From an uncultured Pelagibacteraceae bacterium (GTDB taxonomy: Bacteria; Pseudomonadota; Alphaproteobacteria; Pelagibacterales; Pelagibacteraceae): a stretch of 64,000 bases of DNA. A program made the position numbers and the translations under genes. A model generated the notes under the pieces. The model was not told the origin of the DNA and searched no databases. It was given only the letters and a program-made list of their open reading frames with translations. The DNA lies in the NCBI GenBank assembly GCA_902611815.1, contig CACMAZ010000002.1, positions 2,178-66,177 of the forward strand. The letters are read 5' to 3'. This document shows, piece by piece, positions 20,507-30,169 of the stretch; the stretch's first letter is position 1, and the number at the start of each line of letters is the position of its first letter.

Positions 20507-21649
20507 ATGAATTTTGAAGCCTCAAGAGCGAAAGCTATAGATAGATTAAATCATTTTGTTGAAAAAAATCTTTCTGATTATTCAAAGCTTAGAAATTTTG
20601 ATTTTGGTCCTGATAAACGAGACAATGTTTCGTGTTTATCACCTTATGTTTCACATGGTGTTCTAAATGAAATTGAAATTATAAAAAAATCACTTGAGAA
20701 GTTTTCTTTTTCAAAAAATGAAAAGTTTATACAGGAAGTACTTTGGAGAACTTACTGGAAAGGATGGTTAGAGTTAAGACCTAATGTTTGGAGTGACTAT
20801 TTGATTGATTTAAGAAATATTAAAGAAAAATATAAACATGACAAAAATTATCAAAATGCAATAGAAGGTAAAACAAATATTGATTGTTTTAATGAATGGG
20901 TAAATGAGTTAAAAAATAATAACTACCTCCACAATCACACTAGGATGTGGTTTGCCAGTATTTGGATTTTTACACTTGATTTACCTTGGCAACTGGGTGC
21001 TGAATTTTTTATGCAAAACCTTTTTGATGGGGATGCTGCATCAAATACTCTTGGATGGAGATGGGTTGCAGGTGTTCAAACACAAGGAAAGCATTATCTA
21101 GCAAGTGAATGGAATATTAAAAAATTCACAAATAATAGATTTAAAAATATTAAATTAAATGAAAATGCTCCTCCAAAAATTTCTGAAAGAACTTATTCAA
21201 TAATAAAACAAGATTTTAAAAATTCTGAAAATATTGAACCAGTTAATTTATTAATTTTTGATAATAATCTTTCTTTCGAATTCACAGACTTTAAAAATAG
21301 TAAATTTAAAAAAATATATTTAATCTCTAACAAAAATGAAAACAGATCAATCAAACTCAATGAAAAAGTATCAAAATTTAAGTACCTTCTTTTTGAAGAT
21401 CAAAAAAAAAGATTAAAAAAACAATCAATTGATTGCGAAATAATTGATATAAGCCAAATTAAAAAAATTAATGAAAAAAACATCGGATTGTATCCAACTG
21501 TTGGAGAAAACCTAGATTATCTAAATTTAAATAATTTAAAAATAAATTTTTTATATAGAAAACTTGATCAATATTCTTGGCAATATTGTAATAAAGGGTT
21601 TTTTAATTTTAAAAATTATATTCCCAAAATTATTTCAAACTTTACTTAA
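20507..21649 (+). CDS. Photolyase with N-terminal FAD-binding domain (NewPHL-type inverted topology)
   Basis: VSCLSPY, KFIQEVLWRTYW, YLHNHTRMWFASIW, DGDAASNTLGWRWVAG all in the N-terminal 200 aa; C-terminal alpha/beta-like region. Confidence 0.82.
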   Translation: MNFEASRAKAIDRLNHFVEKNLSDYSKLRNFDFGPDKRDNVSCLSPYVSHGVLNEIEIIKKSLEKFSFSKNEKFIQEVLWRTYWKGWLELRPNVWSDYLIDLRNIKEKYKHDKNYQNAIEGKTNIDCFNEWVNELKNNNYLHNHTRMWFASIWIFTLDLPWQLGAEFFMQNLFDGDAASNTLGWRWVAGVQTQGKHYLASEWNIKKFTNNRFKNIKLNENAPPKISERTYSIIKQDFKNSENIEPVNLLIFDNNLSFEFTDFKNSKFKKIYLISNKNENRSIKLNEKVSKFKYLLFEDQKKRLKKQSIDCEIIDISQIKKINEKNIGLYPTVGENLDYLNLNNLKINFLYRKLDQYSWQYCNKGFFNFKNYIPKIISNFT

Positions 21650-21662
21650 TTTTTGTTATTTT

Positions 21663-22352
21663 TTATCTTGCGAGTTTTATGAAGATGTCACCCATACCAG
21701 CATCTAGTTCCTCTAAGGGTGTATTATTTCTTAGTTCACAGTATCTACCAGTAATTTGATGATTTTTGATTAAATTAACATCGTCATTTTTACATCTTCT
21801 TCCATTATGTAATAATCCTATAACTATTCTATTATTTAGATTATACACTTGATCACTATTGATTTTTTTGCCATCACAAAAATATTCTTTATTTACTCTA
21901 TTTGGAAAATCACTTTTGTTACAAGGGTTTTTTATTGTTATAACATAGAATTCTCTTAAGCCATCTATAAATTTATATTTCATTTTTTGAACCTCTGAGT
22001 ACTTCATGATATCACAAGAACAAGGCACGCAGCACCTATAATAATTACCGCAAATTTTATTGTTTGTTTTATTTTCTTTTACAAACAAAAACTCTGAATC
22101 GCTCCCGGGATCAATTAAGGATCCAGAAACAGCACAATATAATTTATTAAACTCAATAAAATCTTTGTAAGTAATTTTTTTATCTATAATATATTTAAAA
22201 AATTTAGGTCCACCAGCATTCCTATTTTTGTCAGGAAATATTCTAGACCAGTCAGTTATTAATTCTTTGTGATAATTTTTTTCTTCTGCAACTAATTCGA
22301 TTTGAAAAAAAACTGCAAAAACCAAAAAAAATTTTAATAAAATATTTTTCAT
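21663..22352 (-). CDS. Secreted cysteine-rich hypothetical protein (10 Cys)
   Basis: Signal peptide; CGNYYRCCVPCSC motif; start overlaps the CRTAC1-like stop. Confidence 0.8.
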   Translation of the reverse strand: MKNILLKFFLVFAVFFQIELVAEEKNYHKELITDWSRIFPDKNRNAGGPKFFKYIIDKKITYKDFIEFNKLYCAVSGSLIDPGSDSEFLFVKENKTNNKICGNYYRCCVPCSCDIMKYSEVQKMKYKFIDGLREFYVITIKNPCNKSDFPNRVNKEYFCDGKKINSDQVYNLNNRIVIGLLHNGRRCKNDDVNLIKNHQITGRYCELRNNTPLEELDAGMGDIFIKLAR

Positions 22353-23794
22353 TTTTGTTTTATTGTAACCGTTTGATTGAGTTTAATTTTATCTATAAAA
22401 ACTTTTTTTCCATTAGTCCATTTAACTTCTACTCTAAAATCTTTTTCATTTTTTCTAATTCCATAATGTGCCACAGGTTCCATTTGGCATAAATAACCAG
22501 ATCCAGCATCTATTGTTTTTGAATGCTTTCTTTGGTTAGATATTAATGTTACTGTTGCTCCTCTGGCAGGAGCTCCGAATTTATTGATGGGCTTTATCCT
22601 TAAATATTTACTATTTTTTTCTACTTTTGCTTTATACAATGTCAAAGGTTGTGCTTTACTCTCCCCGTGAGAAACTAATAATTCTAAAATCCCATCATTA
22701 TCAATATCTGCTACGGCTGCTCCAGTACCATATCCTTCAGTCTCAAGCGCCGTTTTTAATTTTATTTCCTCAAATTTTCCATTTTCATTTATTTTAAATA
22801 ATTTGTTTGGTTCTGCGATATTGTTCATAAAAACTTCATCAAAACCATCATTATCAAAATCAGCAGAAATAATTGTTCTTATTCTAGATGGTTTATCAAA
22901 AGTTTTATTTCCTATATCCTTAAATTCGTTTTTTTCTAAAACATATGCTCTATGATAACCAAGCCAATTACCACTCAAAATATCTAATCTTCCTCTATAG
23001 TAAATATCTGATAATGCTGTTCCCCTTCCATTCTGTATTACGTCATCAACTCTATATTCAAATGCAACATCATTAAATCTGCCATTGTTATTTTTTAATA
23101 GAAAGTTAGCACCCCGTTCATTTGCTGCAAATATATCAGCTCTATCTGTTAATATATGTCCTGATACTACTGCTCTTCCACCAGTAACTTTATCCAAATT
23201 TAAGTTTTTTGCTTCGTCTATTATTTTGTTGTTTTTAATTTCATAAAATCTAGTAGGTCCACCATAATTAGCTACATAAATACCGTATTCACCATCACCT
23301 TTTCTATCAACACAAACTACTGATCTACCTGCTGTTAGATTTAAATTTTCTATATTTTTTTTTAACTCAAATAAGTCAAAATAATTATTGTTACTTTTAT
23401 CGATTAGTCTATCAGAGTATTTCTTTGTTCCACTATAGGTATCCGTATTTAAAAAATAGATTTCTTCAAAACCATCTTTATCTATGTCACAAGCTGCAAC
23501 ACCAATAGTTTTTCTAGATCTATCTAAAAAAATTTCATCTTGAATTATGTTTTTTAATTTTCCATCAATATAACTTAAAGCTAAGTTTGGATAACCAAAA
23601 CCTGTGACTATAAACTCATTATTTCCATCAGAATTGATGTCAGTAACTGATACGCCATAACTTAGTCTGTTTTCATTATTCTTTATAATATTTGAAATAT
23701 CTATAAAAAATTCTGCACGTGAACTATTAATTGAAGATATAAAAAAAAAAATTGTTAAAAATTTGTATAAATAATTTATCTTTTTGACGAACAT
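22349..23794 (-). CDS. CRTAC1-like protein (FG-GAP beta-propeller + ASPIC/UnbV domain)
   Basis: Signal peptide; repeated DxDxDG Ca-binding loops (DINSDG, DIDKDG, DFDNDG, DIDNDG); C-terminal [18 protein letters not shown]. Confidence 0.88.
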   Translation of the reverse strand: MFVKKINYLYKFLTIFFFISSINSSRAEFFIDISNIIKNNENRLSYGVSVTDINSDGNNEFIVTGFGYPNLALSYIDGKLKNIIQDEIFLDRSRKTIGVAACDIDKDGFEEIYFLNTDTYSGTKKYSDRLIDKSNNNYFDLFELKKNIENLNLTAGRSVVCVDRKGDGEYGIYVANYGGPTRFYEIKNNKIIDEAKNLNLDKVTGGRAVVSGHILTDRADIFAANERGANFLLKNNNGRFNDVAFEYRVDDVIQNGRGTALSDIYYRGRLDILSGNWLGYHRAYVLEKNEFKDIGNKTFDKPSRIRTIISADFDNDGFDEVFMNNIAEPNKLFKINENGKFEEIKLKTALETEGYGTGAAVADIDNDGILELLVSHGESKAQPLTLYKAKVEKNSKYLRIKPINKFGAPARGATVTLISNQRKHSKTIDAGSGYLCQMEPVAHYGIRKNEKDFRVEVKWTNGKKVFIDKIKLNQTVTIKQK

Positions 23795-23904
23795 TTTTTA
23801 GAACAATATTTAACTTTTTCCCAGTTTAACCTCCACTTTTTTCTCCATTTAAATGGCCTTTCACAAACTGGGCACAATTTAGTTGGTAGGTTTTGTTTTT
23901 TCAT
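23776..23904 (-). CDS. DUF2256 small Cys4 protein (42 aa)
   Basis: Not in ORF track. Manual translation [42 protein letters not shown]; overlaps both neighbours. Confidence 0.88.
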   Translation of the reverse strand: MKKQNLPTKLCPVCERPFKWRKKWRLNWEKVKYCSKKCSSKR

Positions 23905-24250
23905 TAAGTTGATGTTTGTTTTTTAAAAATAAAAAATAAGCTACAAATTCATAAGCATAATGAAATAAAATATATAAAGGTCTAAACCTTAAAATTTTTG
24001 CTAAAAAATTATACTTTGGAATATTAGACCAAATAATTATAAACGCTTTAGCGCCTGCTACAACTTTGCCATTTTCAATTACATGCAATCTTCTGAGAAG
24101 TTCTTCTTTAGATTTTGAAGTTAATTCCATTGCCTCTTGATTATTTGTAATATCAACCCATTCTAAACTATCATCTGAAATTTTTTTATAATGATCGATC
24201 TCAAGTTTGCAAATATTGCAAGAATTATTAAAAAAAACTTTTAATTTCAT
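23879..24250 (-). CDS. DUF393/DCC1-like thiol-disulfide oxidoreductase
   Basis: N-terminal [18 protein letters not shown]...G, AFIIIW. Confidence 0.82.
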   Translation of the reverse strand: MKLKVFFNNSCNICKLEIDHYKKISDDSLEWVDITNNQEAMELTSKSKEELLRRLHVIENGKVVAGAKAFIIIWSNIPKYNFLAKILRFRPLYILFHYAYEFVAYFLFLKNKHQLNEKTKPTN

Positions 24251-25473
24251 AAATTTTTTAAGAATAACTTATAAAACTTGTAAGGGATAGCATAAACAGG
24301 TTTTGATGCCACATCATCTGGCATTACTACTTTTGGGTTCCAAGAAAATGAAAACACTAAAAAAACCAAAATAAAATATTTTTTAGATAATTTTGAAATA
24401 AAATTTATTCGAATTTTTTGACTCGATAATTCAATGAAATTTTTCTTTATTAAATATAAAAATGTAACTATTGAAAAAGTGTAACTTATATGAACTACGC
24501 GTGCCCAATCATACATCATTAAATATAAAACAGTACTTGGTAAAAAGGCTAATAAAAAAGGAAAAAAAAGATTTTTAAATTTTGAGACTATAAATAATTC
24601 TTTTTTGCTTTTAGCTTTTGAATAAGTGTAAAGAAAGCAGAGAGGAAAAAAACCTACTATGATTATAAGTAAATACCTTAAAGCATAACTAAATTTAAAT
24701 TTTTCATAAAACATTTTATAGAGTTCAGAGAACGAATTTGCGGATTGCTGTCCAACAAAACCACAAGACATATAACAGGCTTCACCAAATTCAATTTTGA
24801 GAAAATTTTTCATTGCATTGTAATTTTCAACTGGAAATGGATTAAAATAAATCAGCATTACTAAAAAAATTGATGCGAAATAACTGAATAAGATACAAAA
24901 AAATTTTTTATCAAAACTCTTAATTTGAAAAACGAAAAGGTCAATTAAGAAAATAAATGAAAAGAAAAATATTATTGGCTCCCATGTCAGAATACTTATT
25001 GGGAATAGTAATAATTTATAAGTTAGTTGAACTTGAAAATTTTTAATATCGAAAAATAAGTAAGATAAAAAAATTGTAAAAATAACTAGTTCTTTTCGTC
25101 CTAAAGCCTCTATTTCAGCAACCGGATATAAAATAAAAATTGGTGAAAAAATAGCTAAAATTACTAGTCTATTTTGCACTAAATTTTTACAAAACAAAAT
25201 AATCAAAAAATAATAGCTTAAGAAAAAAACTAATTGAAAAATTAATATCGAGTCCCTCAACTTCAGTGACAATATGCTAGAAAAATTTGTTATCAATTCA
25301 CCTATTAATCCCCTTCGAACAAAACCTCCTTCATAATTTATTAGCCAATCTGAAAGGCTAGAGTCATTTCCAACATCATGTTTTGAATAAAGAAAAAAAA
25401 TGCCAAAAAAAATTAGGGCAAAAACATATATTTGAAAATAATTTGACCAATTCTTTTTTAAATTTTTATTCAT
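24247..25473 (-). CDS. Polytopic membrane protein, possible GT-C-type glycosyltransferase
   Basis: About 10 TM segments; DWLINYEGGFVRRGL loop, GRKE, YDWAR; adjacent to GT2. Confidence 0.55.
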   Translation of the reverse strand: MNKNLKKNWSNYFQIYVFALIFFGIFFLYSKHDVGNDSSLSDWLINYEGGFVRRGLIGELITNFSSILSLKLRDSILIFQLVFFLSYYFLIILFCKNLVQNRLVILAIFSPIFILYPVAEIEALGRKELVIFTIFLSYLFFDIKNFQVQLTYKLLLFPISILTWEPIIFFFSFIFLIDLFVFQIKSFDKKFFCILFSYFASIFLVMLIYFNPFPVENYNAMKNFLKIEFGEACYMSCGFVGQQSANSFSELYKMFYEKFKFSYALRYLLIIIVGFFPLCFLYTYSKAKSKKELFIVSKFKNLFFPFLLAFLPSTVLYLMMYDWARVVHISYTFSIVTFLYLIKKNFIELSSQKIRINFISKLSKKYFILVFLVFSFSWNPKVVMPDDVASKPVYAIPYKFYKLFLKNL

Positions 25474-25474
25474 C

Positions 25475-26182
25475 TTATTTTGTTAAGAGATCGAACTTTA
25501 CTCTTAATAATCCAATAAAGTTGATCAATGCAATTTTTGGTAACCTCCAAACTTGAAAAATTTGAGTATCACCATATTTTCTTTTTTTGTGATTAATACC
25601 TATTTCTAATATTTTATAACCTTTATAAATTGCCCGGGCGTTATATTCCCAAAAAAAACCTTCAGGCATGGAGGGTGTAAAATTTTGAAGAGATTTATAA
25701 ACATCTTTTCGTATTAAAGAAAAGGCAAAACTTGGATCTTTAAGTTTAACTTTAAAAAAAAAACTATATACAAGTTTTGCAAAATCTGAAAAAAATTTTC
25801 TATATAAAAAGTCTCTTCTTTTAATTCTATATCCAACAATTAAGTCAGCTTTTTTTCTTACATTCCAGAACTTAAAGATTTGCCTTGGATCACATTGACC
25901 ATCAGAGTCCATTATTAACAAATAATCAGCATTGGCAATTTTGATACCCGACATTACTGCTGTTGAGTAACCTTGTTTTTCTTTTTTTGATAAAACACGA
26001 ATTTTAAATTTTTTTTTCAATCTTTTTAAAATTTCTACAGTATTATCAGAACTACCATCCTCGCAGATTAAGAACGAAAATTTAATTTTTTTTTTTAAAA
26101 TATTATTAACTTTTGTTATATGGTTTTTAATGTATTTGCCCTCGTTGTGAACAGGCATCAATATCTGCAAAGAATTAGACAT
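25475..26182 (-). CDS. Glycosyltransferase family 2 (polyprenol-phosphate glycosyltransferase-like)
   Basis: MPVHNE, EDGSSDNT, MDSDGQ, GYR. Confidence 0.9.
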   Translation of the reverse strand: MSNSLQILMPVHNEGKYIKNHITKVNNILKKKIKFSFLICEDGSSDNTVEILKRLKKKFKIRVLSKKEKQGYSTAVMSGIKIANADYLLIMDSDGQCDPRQIFKFWNVRKKADLIVGYRIKRRDFLYRKFFSDFAKLVYSFFFKVKLKDPSFAFSLIRKDVYKSLQNFTPSMPEGFFWEYNARAIYKGYKILEIGINHKKRKYGDTQIFQVWRLPKIALINFIGLLRVKFDLLTK

Positions 26183-26209
26183 CTTTACGTTTTGTACACT
26201 ATTATGATT

Positions 26210-27697
26210 TTAAAAAGTATTTTTTTTAATAAAATTATCTGCCTCTTTTAGGATCAGTTTCTTTCTATCTGGGTTCATTTTATCGTAAATTCTCACCATC
26301 ATTGATAATCTTGGATTTTTTAAAAAGAATTTTCTATTTTTATTGATAAATCTCCAATAAAGTCCATCCATGGTATTACACCAATCACCTTTTTTAAAAT
26401 CCATCATCTTAAGAAAATAACTTGATCCACATATATATGGTTTAGTTGCAAAAATTCCTCCGTCACTAAACAATCCCATACCATAAACATTTGGGGACAT
26501 CACCCAATCAGATGAATCAACAAACATCTCCATAAACCATTTGTAAACATATATTGGTTTTATTTCACAAAGATTCATAATATTTGATAAAATCATTAAT
26601 CTCTCAATGTGATGTGACCATCCATGATCGTTTGCATTTTTGATTGCGTAGTCTAAAGGCGGGAGACCCGTGTTTCCTTCGTACCAAGCAGGTTTCATTT
26701 TACGATTATGATTAAAAAAATTACCAGTTTCTAATCTATTATAAAAATTTTGATAAATTCCTCTCATAAATTCTCGCCAACCAATTACTTGCCTTATATA
26801 TCCCTCTAAAGAGTTTATTTTAATCTTTTTCTTTTTATGACTGTCTAAAATTTTCTCTAAAATTATTTCTGGAGTTATTAAACCTAAATTTAAATAAGGA
26901 CTAAGAGCGCTATGGAATAATATATTATTATTTTGATCAACCGCGTCTTCATAATCTCCAAATAAATTGGATTTTTCTTTTATAAAAAATTCTAGTAACT
27001 TTAAAACGTCTTTATATTCAGTCGCAAACCAAAAATTTTCTGTTGAACCAGGGTGTGTTGCAAATATCTTTTCTATAATGTTTTTTAATTTTTTTGTGTG
27101 AACTGTTTGATTGATTTTAGGAAATGAGGGAACTTTAGTTCCTTTAGGTAGTTTCTTTCTATTGTCCTCATCAAAGCTCCATTTACCACCAACTGGATCT
27201 TCTCCATTCATTAAGATGTTCATTTTTCGTCTAGTTTCTTTATAAAAAACTGCCATGAATGTTTTTTTCGATTTAGATAAATATTTTTTAAAATCATCTC
27301 TAGTATTAAGAAACATCGGGGATGTAATTATATTGAGCTTTATTTTGTTTTTCTTTGAGAAATTTATAATTTTTTTTTCAAATGGCTTATCTTCAATTTC
27401 AAAACATGAAATTTCGTTGATTTTATTTTTATTTAAGATTTTTTTTATTTTTAAGAGATAATCCTCTTTAAAAGCTGAGTCCTCAATTTTAGAATAAGAA
27501 ACTTTAAAGCTGTTTTTTTTAAGATTTTCAAAGAATGATCTCATTGCTGACAGAAATAAAAGGATTTTAAGTTTATGATGTTTTTCAAAAGTGCATAAAC
27601 CGTTATCTTCTGCCATAAAAAAAAGATGGTCTTTTTTGAAGCGGTTAAGGTATTTTAATGGAAATAATTGATTTCCAAGTATAATAAATAATTTCAT
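26210..27697 (-). CDS. Prokaryotic (6-4) photolyase/cryptochrome (PhrB/CryB family), apparently lacking the Fe-S cluster
   Basis: ILGNQLF, HHKLK..FLSAMR, GGKWSFDEDNR, FHSALSPYLN, GWSHHIERLM, FVDSSDWV..PNVYGM, TKPY; start moved to ATG 27697. Confidence 0.88.
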   Translation of the reverse strand: MKLFIILGNQLFPLKYLNRFKKDHLFFMAEDNGLCTFEKHHKLKILLFLSAMRSFFENLKKNSFKVSYSKIEDSAFKEDYLLKIKKILNKNKINEISCFEIEDKPFEKKIINFSKKNKIKLNIITSPMFLNTRDDFKKYLSKSKKTFMAVFYKETRRKMNILMNGEDPVGGKWSFDEDNRKKLPKGTKVPSFPKINQTVHTKKLKNIIEKIFATHPGSTENFWFATEYKDVLKLLEFFIKEKSNLFGDYEDAVDQNNNILFHSALSPYLNLGLITPEIILEKILDSHKKKKIKINSLEGYIRQVIGWREFMRGIYQNFYNRLETGNFFNHNRKMKPAWYEGNTGLPPLDYAIKNANDHGWSHHIERLMILSNIMNLCEIKPIYVYKWFMEMFVDSSDWVMSPNVYGMGLFSDGGIFATKPYICGSSYFLKMMDFKKGDWCNTMDGLYWRFINKNRKFFLKNPRLSMMVRIYDKMNPDRKKLILKEADNFIKKNTF

Positions 27698-27725
27698 AAC
27701 TGTTTTATAAGTATTATTATACATT

Positions 27726-28442
27726 ATGTCAGGAAAATATTTAATTTTTGGTGCGACAGGTTCTATCGGTTCAAATTTAGCAAGGCTGATGGTAAGTAAA
27801 AATCAGGATGTTCAACTAATAGGTCGAGACGAAAATGGCCTAAGTGAATTATCATCTGAGCTTGACTGTAAATATAATGTTGTTGATGTTTTAGACGAAC
27901 AATCTGTTAAAAATTTAAAAAATGAATTTGAGGGACAGGAGATTGCTGGCATAGCATATTGTGTCGGCTCTATTGACCTTAAGCCTGTTCGTGCAGTTAA
28001 AAAAGATGACTTTATAAAATGCTTCGATTTAAATTTTTTTCCAATAGTTGAGACTATTAAAAACTTTCAAGACAATTTAAAAAAAAATAAAGGCTCTGTA
28101 GTTATGTTTTCAACAGTTGCTGTTCAAAGAGGATTTACAAATCACAGTATTATTGCATCAGTCAAAGGTGCTATCGAGGGACTAACAGTATCTTTAGCAG
28201 CTGAGTTTGCCCCTAATATTAGAGTTAATTGTATTGCTCCTAGTTTAACTAAATCAAAAATAGCTGACCCAATACTAAAAAATAAATTAATTGCAGAAGG
28301 CGTAGCTAAAGCTCACCCAATGAAAAGAGTAGGTGAAGGAAAAGATGCTGCAGCAATGGCGCAATTTTTATTATCTGAAGATAGCTCATGGATAACTGGT
28401 CAAATAATAGGTGTAGACGGTGGAAGATCTAAATTATCATGA
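27726..28442 (+). CDS. SDR family oxidoreductase
   Basis: GATGSIG, RVNCIAP, WITGQIIGVDGG; catalytic YxxxK appears as IASVK. Confidence 0.88.
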   Translation: MSGKYLIFGATGSIGSNLARLMVSKNQDVQLIGRDENGLSELSSELDCKYNVVDVLDEQSVKNLKNEFEGQEIAGIAYCVGSIDLKPVRAVKKDDFIKCFDLNFFPIVETIKNFQDNLKKNKGSVVMFSTVAVQRGFTNHSIIASVKGAIEGLTVSLAAEFAPNIRVNCIAPSLTKSKIADPILKNKLIAEGVAKAHPMKRVGEGKDAAAMAQFLLSEDSSWITGQIIGVDGGRSKLS

Positions 28443-28489
28443 TATGTTTTAATTTTTTCTTATTAGTGTAATGTTATTCATTAACAAAC

Positions 28490-30169
28490 TTGGTCGTGAA
28501 TAAAATTTCTACAGAAGAATTATTTAAAATTGCTTATGATCATTTACAAAACAAAAATTACTCCAAATCGATTGAACTATTTAATAAGATCCTAACTCAT
28601 TTTCCAGAAAATTTATCTGTTTTAAGAAATTTACTGCACGCGTATGCTTTTTCTGGAGACTTTCACAACGCAGAAAATACAATCAAAAAAGTTTTAAGAT
28701 TAAATGAAAAAGAGCCTTATGTTTATCAATTTTATGCATCAATTTTGAAAAACCAGGACAAAATTGATGAGATGATTAATTTAATTGAGGAAGGTTTAAG
28801 TAAAAATTTAATGAATCCCAAGTGGAAATATCAAAAAGAATTATTGTTTCCTGTGGTTGTAAAGGATAACGATGAAATTGATAAATTTAGATTAAAAATA
28901 AGCAACTGTTATGACCGAATTTTAGAAAATAACGAACAACTAGATTATGATAATGATCAAATAATTCAAACCCCTCACTACGAGAATTCTTATAATCAAC
29001 ATGATAATCTTGAATTAAATATAAAAAGTGTAAGGGCATTAAGAAAAATTTATAGAGAATTAAACGAAAATTGTGTTGTTGAAAAAAAAGAAAATGAAAA
29101 AATAAAGATAGGTTTTATATCAGAATTTTTTACAAATCATACAATAGGTAAATTATTTAAAAATATTATTTTTAGTCTAGACCAATCAAAATTTAATATT
29201 TTTATACTTCATTCAAAAAAGACAAAGACCAGCAAACTTTTTGATGAATTTATCGAAAAAGAAAAAAATGGTTTTTTGAAAAATATAAGGCTTCCAGAAA
29301 AATTGAGTGAGAAAATTAATTTTTTTAAAAATGAAAAATTTAATATTTTATTTTACCCAGATATTGGTATGTCAATTGAGATGTACTATCTGTCTCTAAT
29401 TAGACTTGCCAAACACCAAATTATGTCATGGGGTCATCCTGAAACAACAGGTAGTGAAAGTATAGATTTTTTTCTATGTTCTAAAAGTTTAATTACAGAT
29501 GAAACTTCAAAAAGCTACTCTGAAAAACTATTGTTAATGAGACACTTGCCAATGATTTATGAAGTGCCAAAAATTAAACAAAAGATAAATGATGCAGAAT
29601 TATCTAAAAAAAATATTTATTCCTGTCCACAAACGATGTTTAAATTTCATCCTGAATTTGATCATATTTTAGCTGAAATACTAAAAAAGGATAAAAAAGG
29701 TGTTTTGTATTTAATTAAAGATAACAACAAAATTTATTTCAATAAATTAATTGATCGTTTTAAAAAAATTAAATTTTTTGATTTGGATAGGGTTATTTTT
29801 CTTGATCCACTCAGTAGAGATAATTATATAAATCACTTAGGAACATCGTCTGTATTATTAGATCCATTATATTTTGGTGCAGGTAACTCATTTCACGAAT
29901 CCATGGTATATGGGACACCAACAGTTACAATGCCAACCAAATATATTAAATCTAGAATCGTTAGTGCTGCCTATATCCAGATGGAAATTGAGAAACCACC
30001 GATAGTTAAAGATAAAAATGAATATGTAGAATTAGCTATCGATATCGCAAATAGTAATAATTTATTAGAAATAAAAAAAAACTATCAAAAGAAAGCTATT
30101 GAAAAACTATTCAATACTACAAAAGCTGGTGAGGAATTTAATCAAATACTTCTAAATTTATACCAATGA
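28490..30169 (+). CDS. TPR + GT41-family glycosyltransferase
   Basis: N-terminal TPRs; IGFISEFFTNHTIGK, WGHPETTG, CPQTMFKFHP, LDPLYFGAGNS. Confidence 0.82.
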   Translation: MVVNKISTEELFKIAYDHLQNKNYSKSIELFNKILTHFPENLSVLRNLLHAYAFSGDFHNAENTIKKVLRLNEKEPYVYQFYASILKNQDKIDEMINLIEEGLSKNLMNPKWKYQKELLFPVVVKDNDEIDKFRLKISNCYDRILENNEQLDYDNDQIIQTPHYENSYNQHDNLELNIKSVRALRKIYRELNENCVVEKKENEKIKIGFISEFFTNHTIGKLFKNIIFSLDQSKFNIFILHSKKTKTSKLFDEFIEKEKNGFLKNIRLPEKLSEKINFFKNEKFNILFYPDIGMSIEMYYLSLIRLAKHQIMSWGHPETTGSESIDFFLCSKSLITDETSKSYSEKLLLMRHLPMIYEVPKIKQKINDAELSKKNIYSCPQTMFKFHPEFDHILAEILKKDKKGVLYLIKDNNKIYFNKLIDRFKKIKFFDLDRVIFLDPLSRDNYINHLGTSSVLLDPLYFGAGNSFHESMVYGTPTVTMPTKYIKSRIVSAAYIQMEIEKPPIVKDKNEYVELAIDIANSNNLLEIKKNYQKKAIEKLFNTTKAGEEFNQILLNLYQ

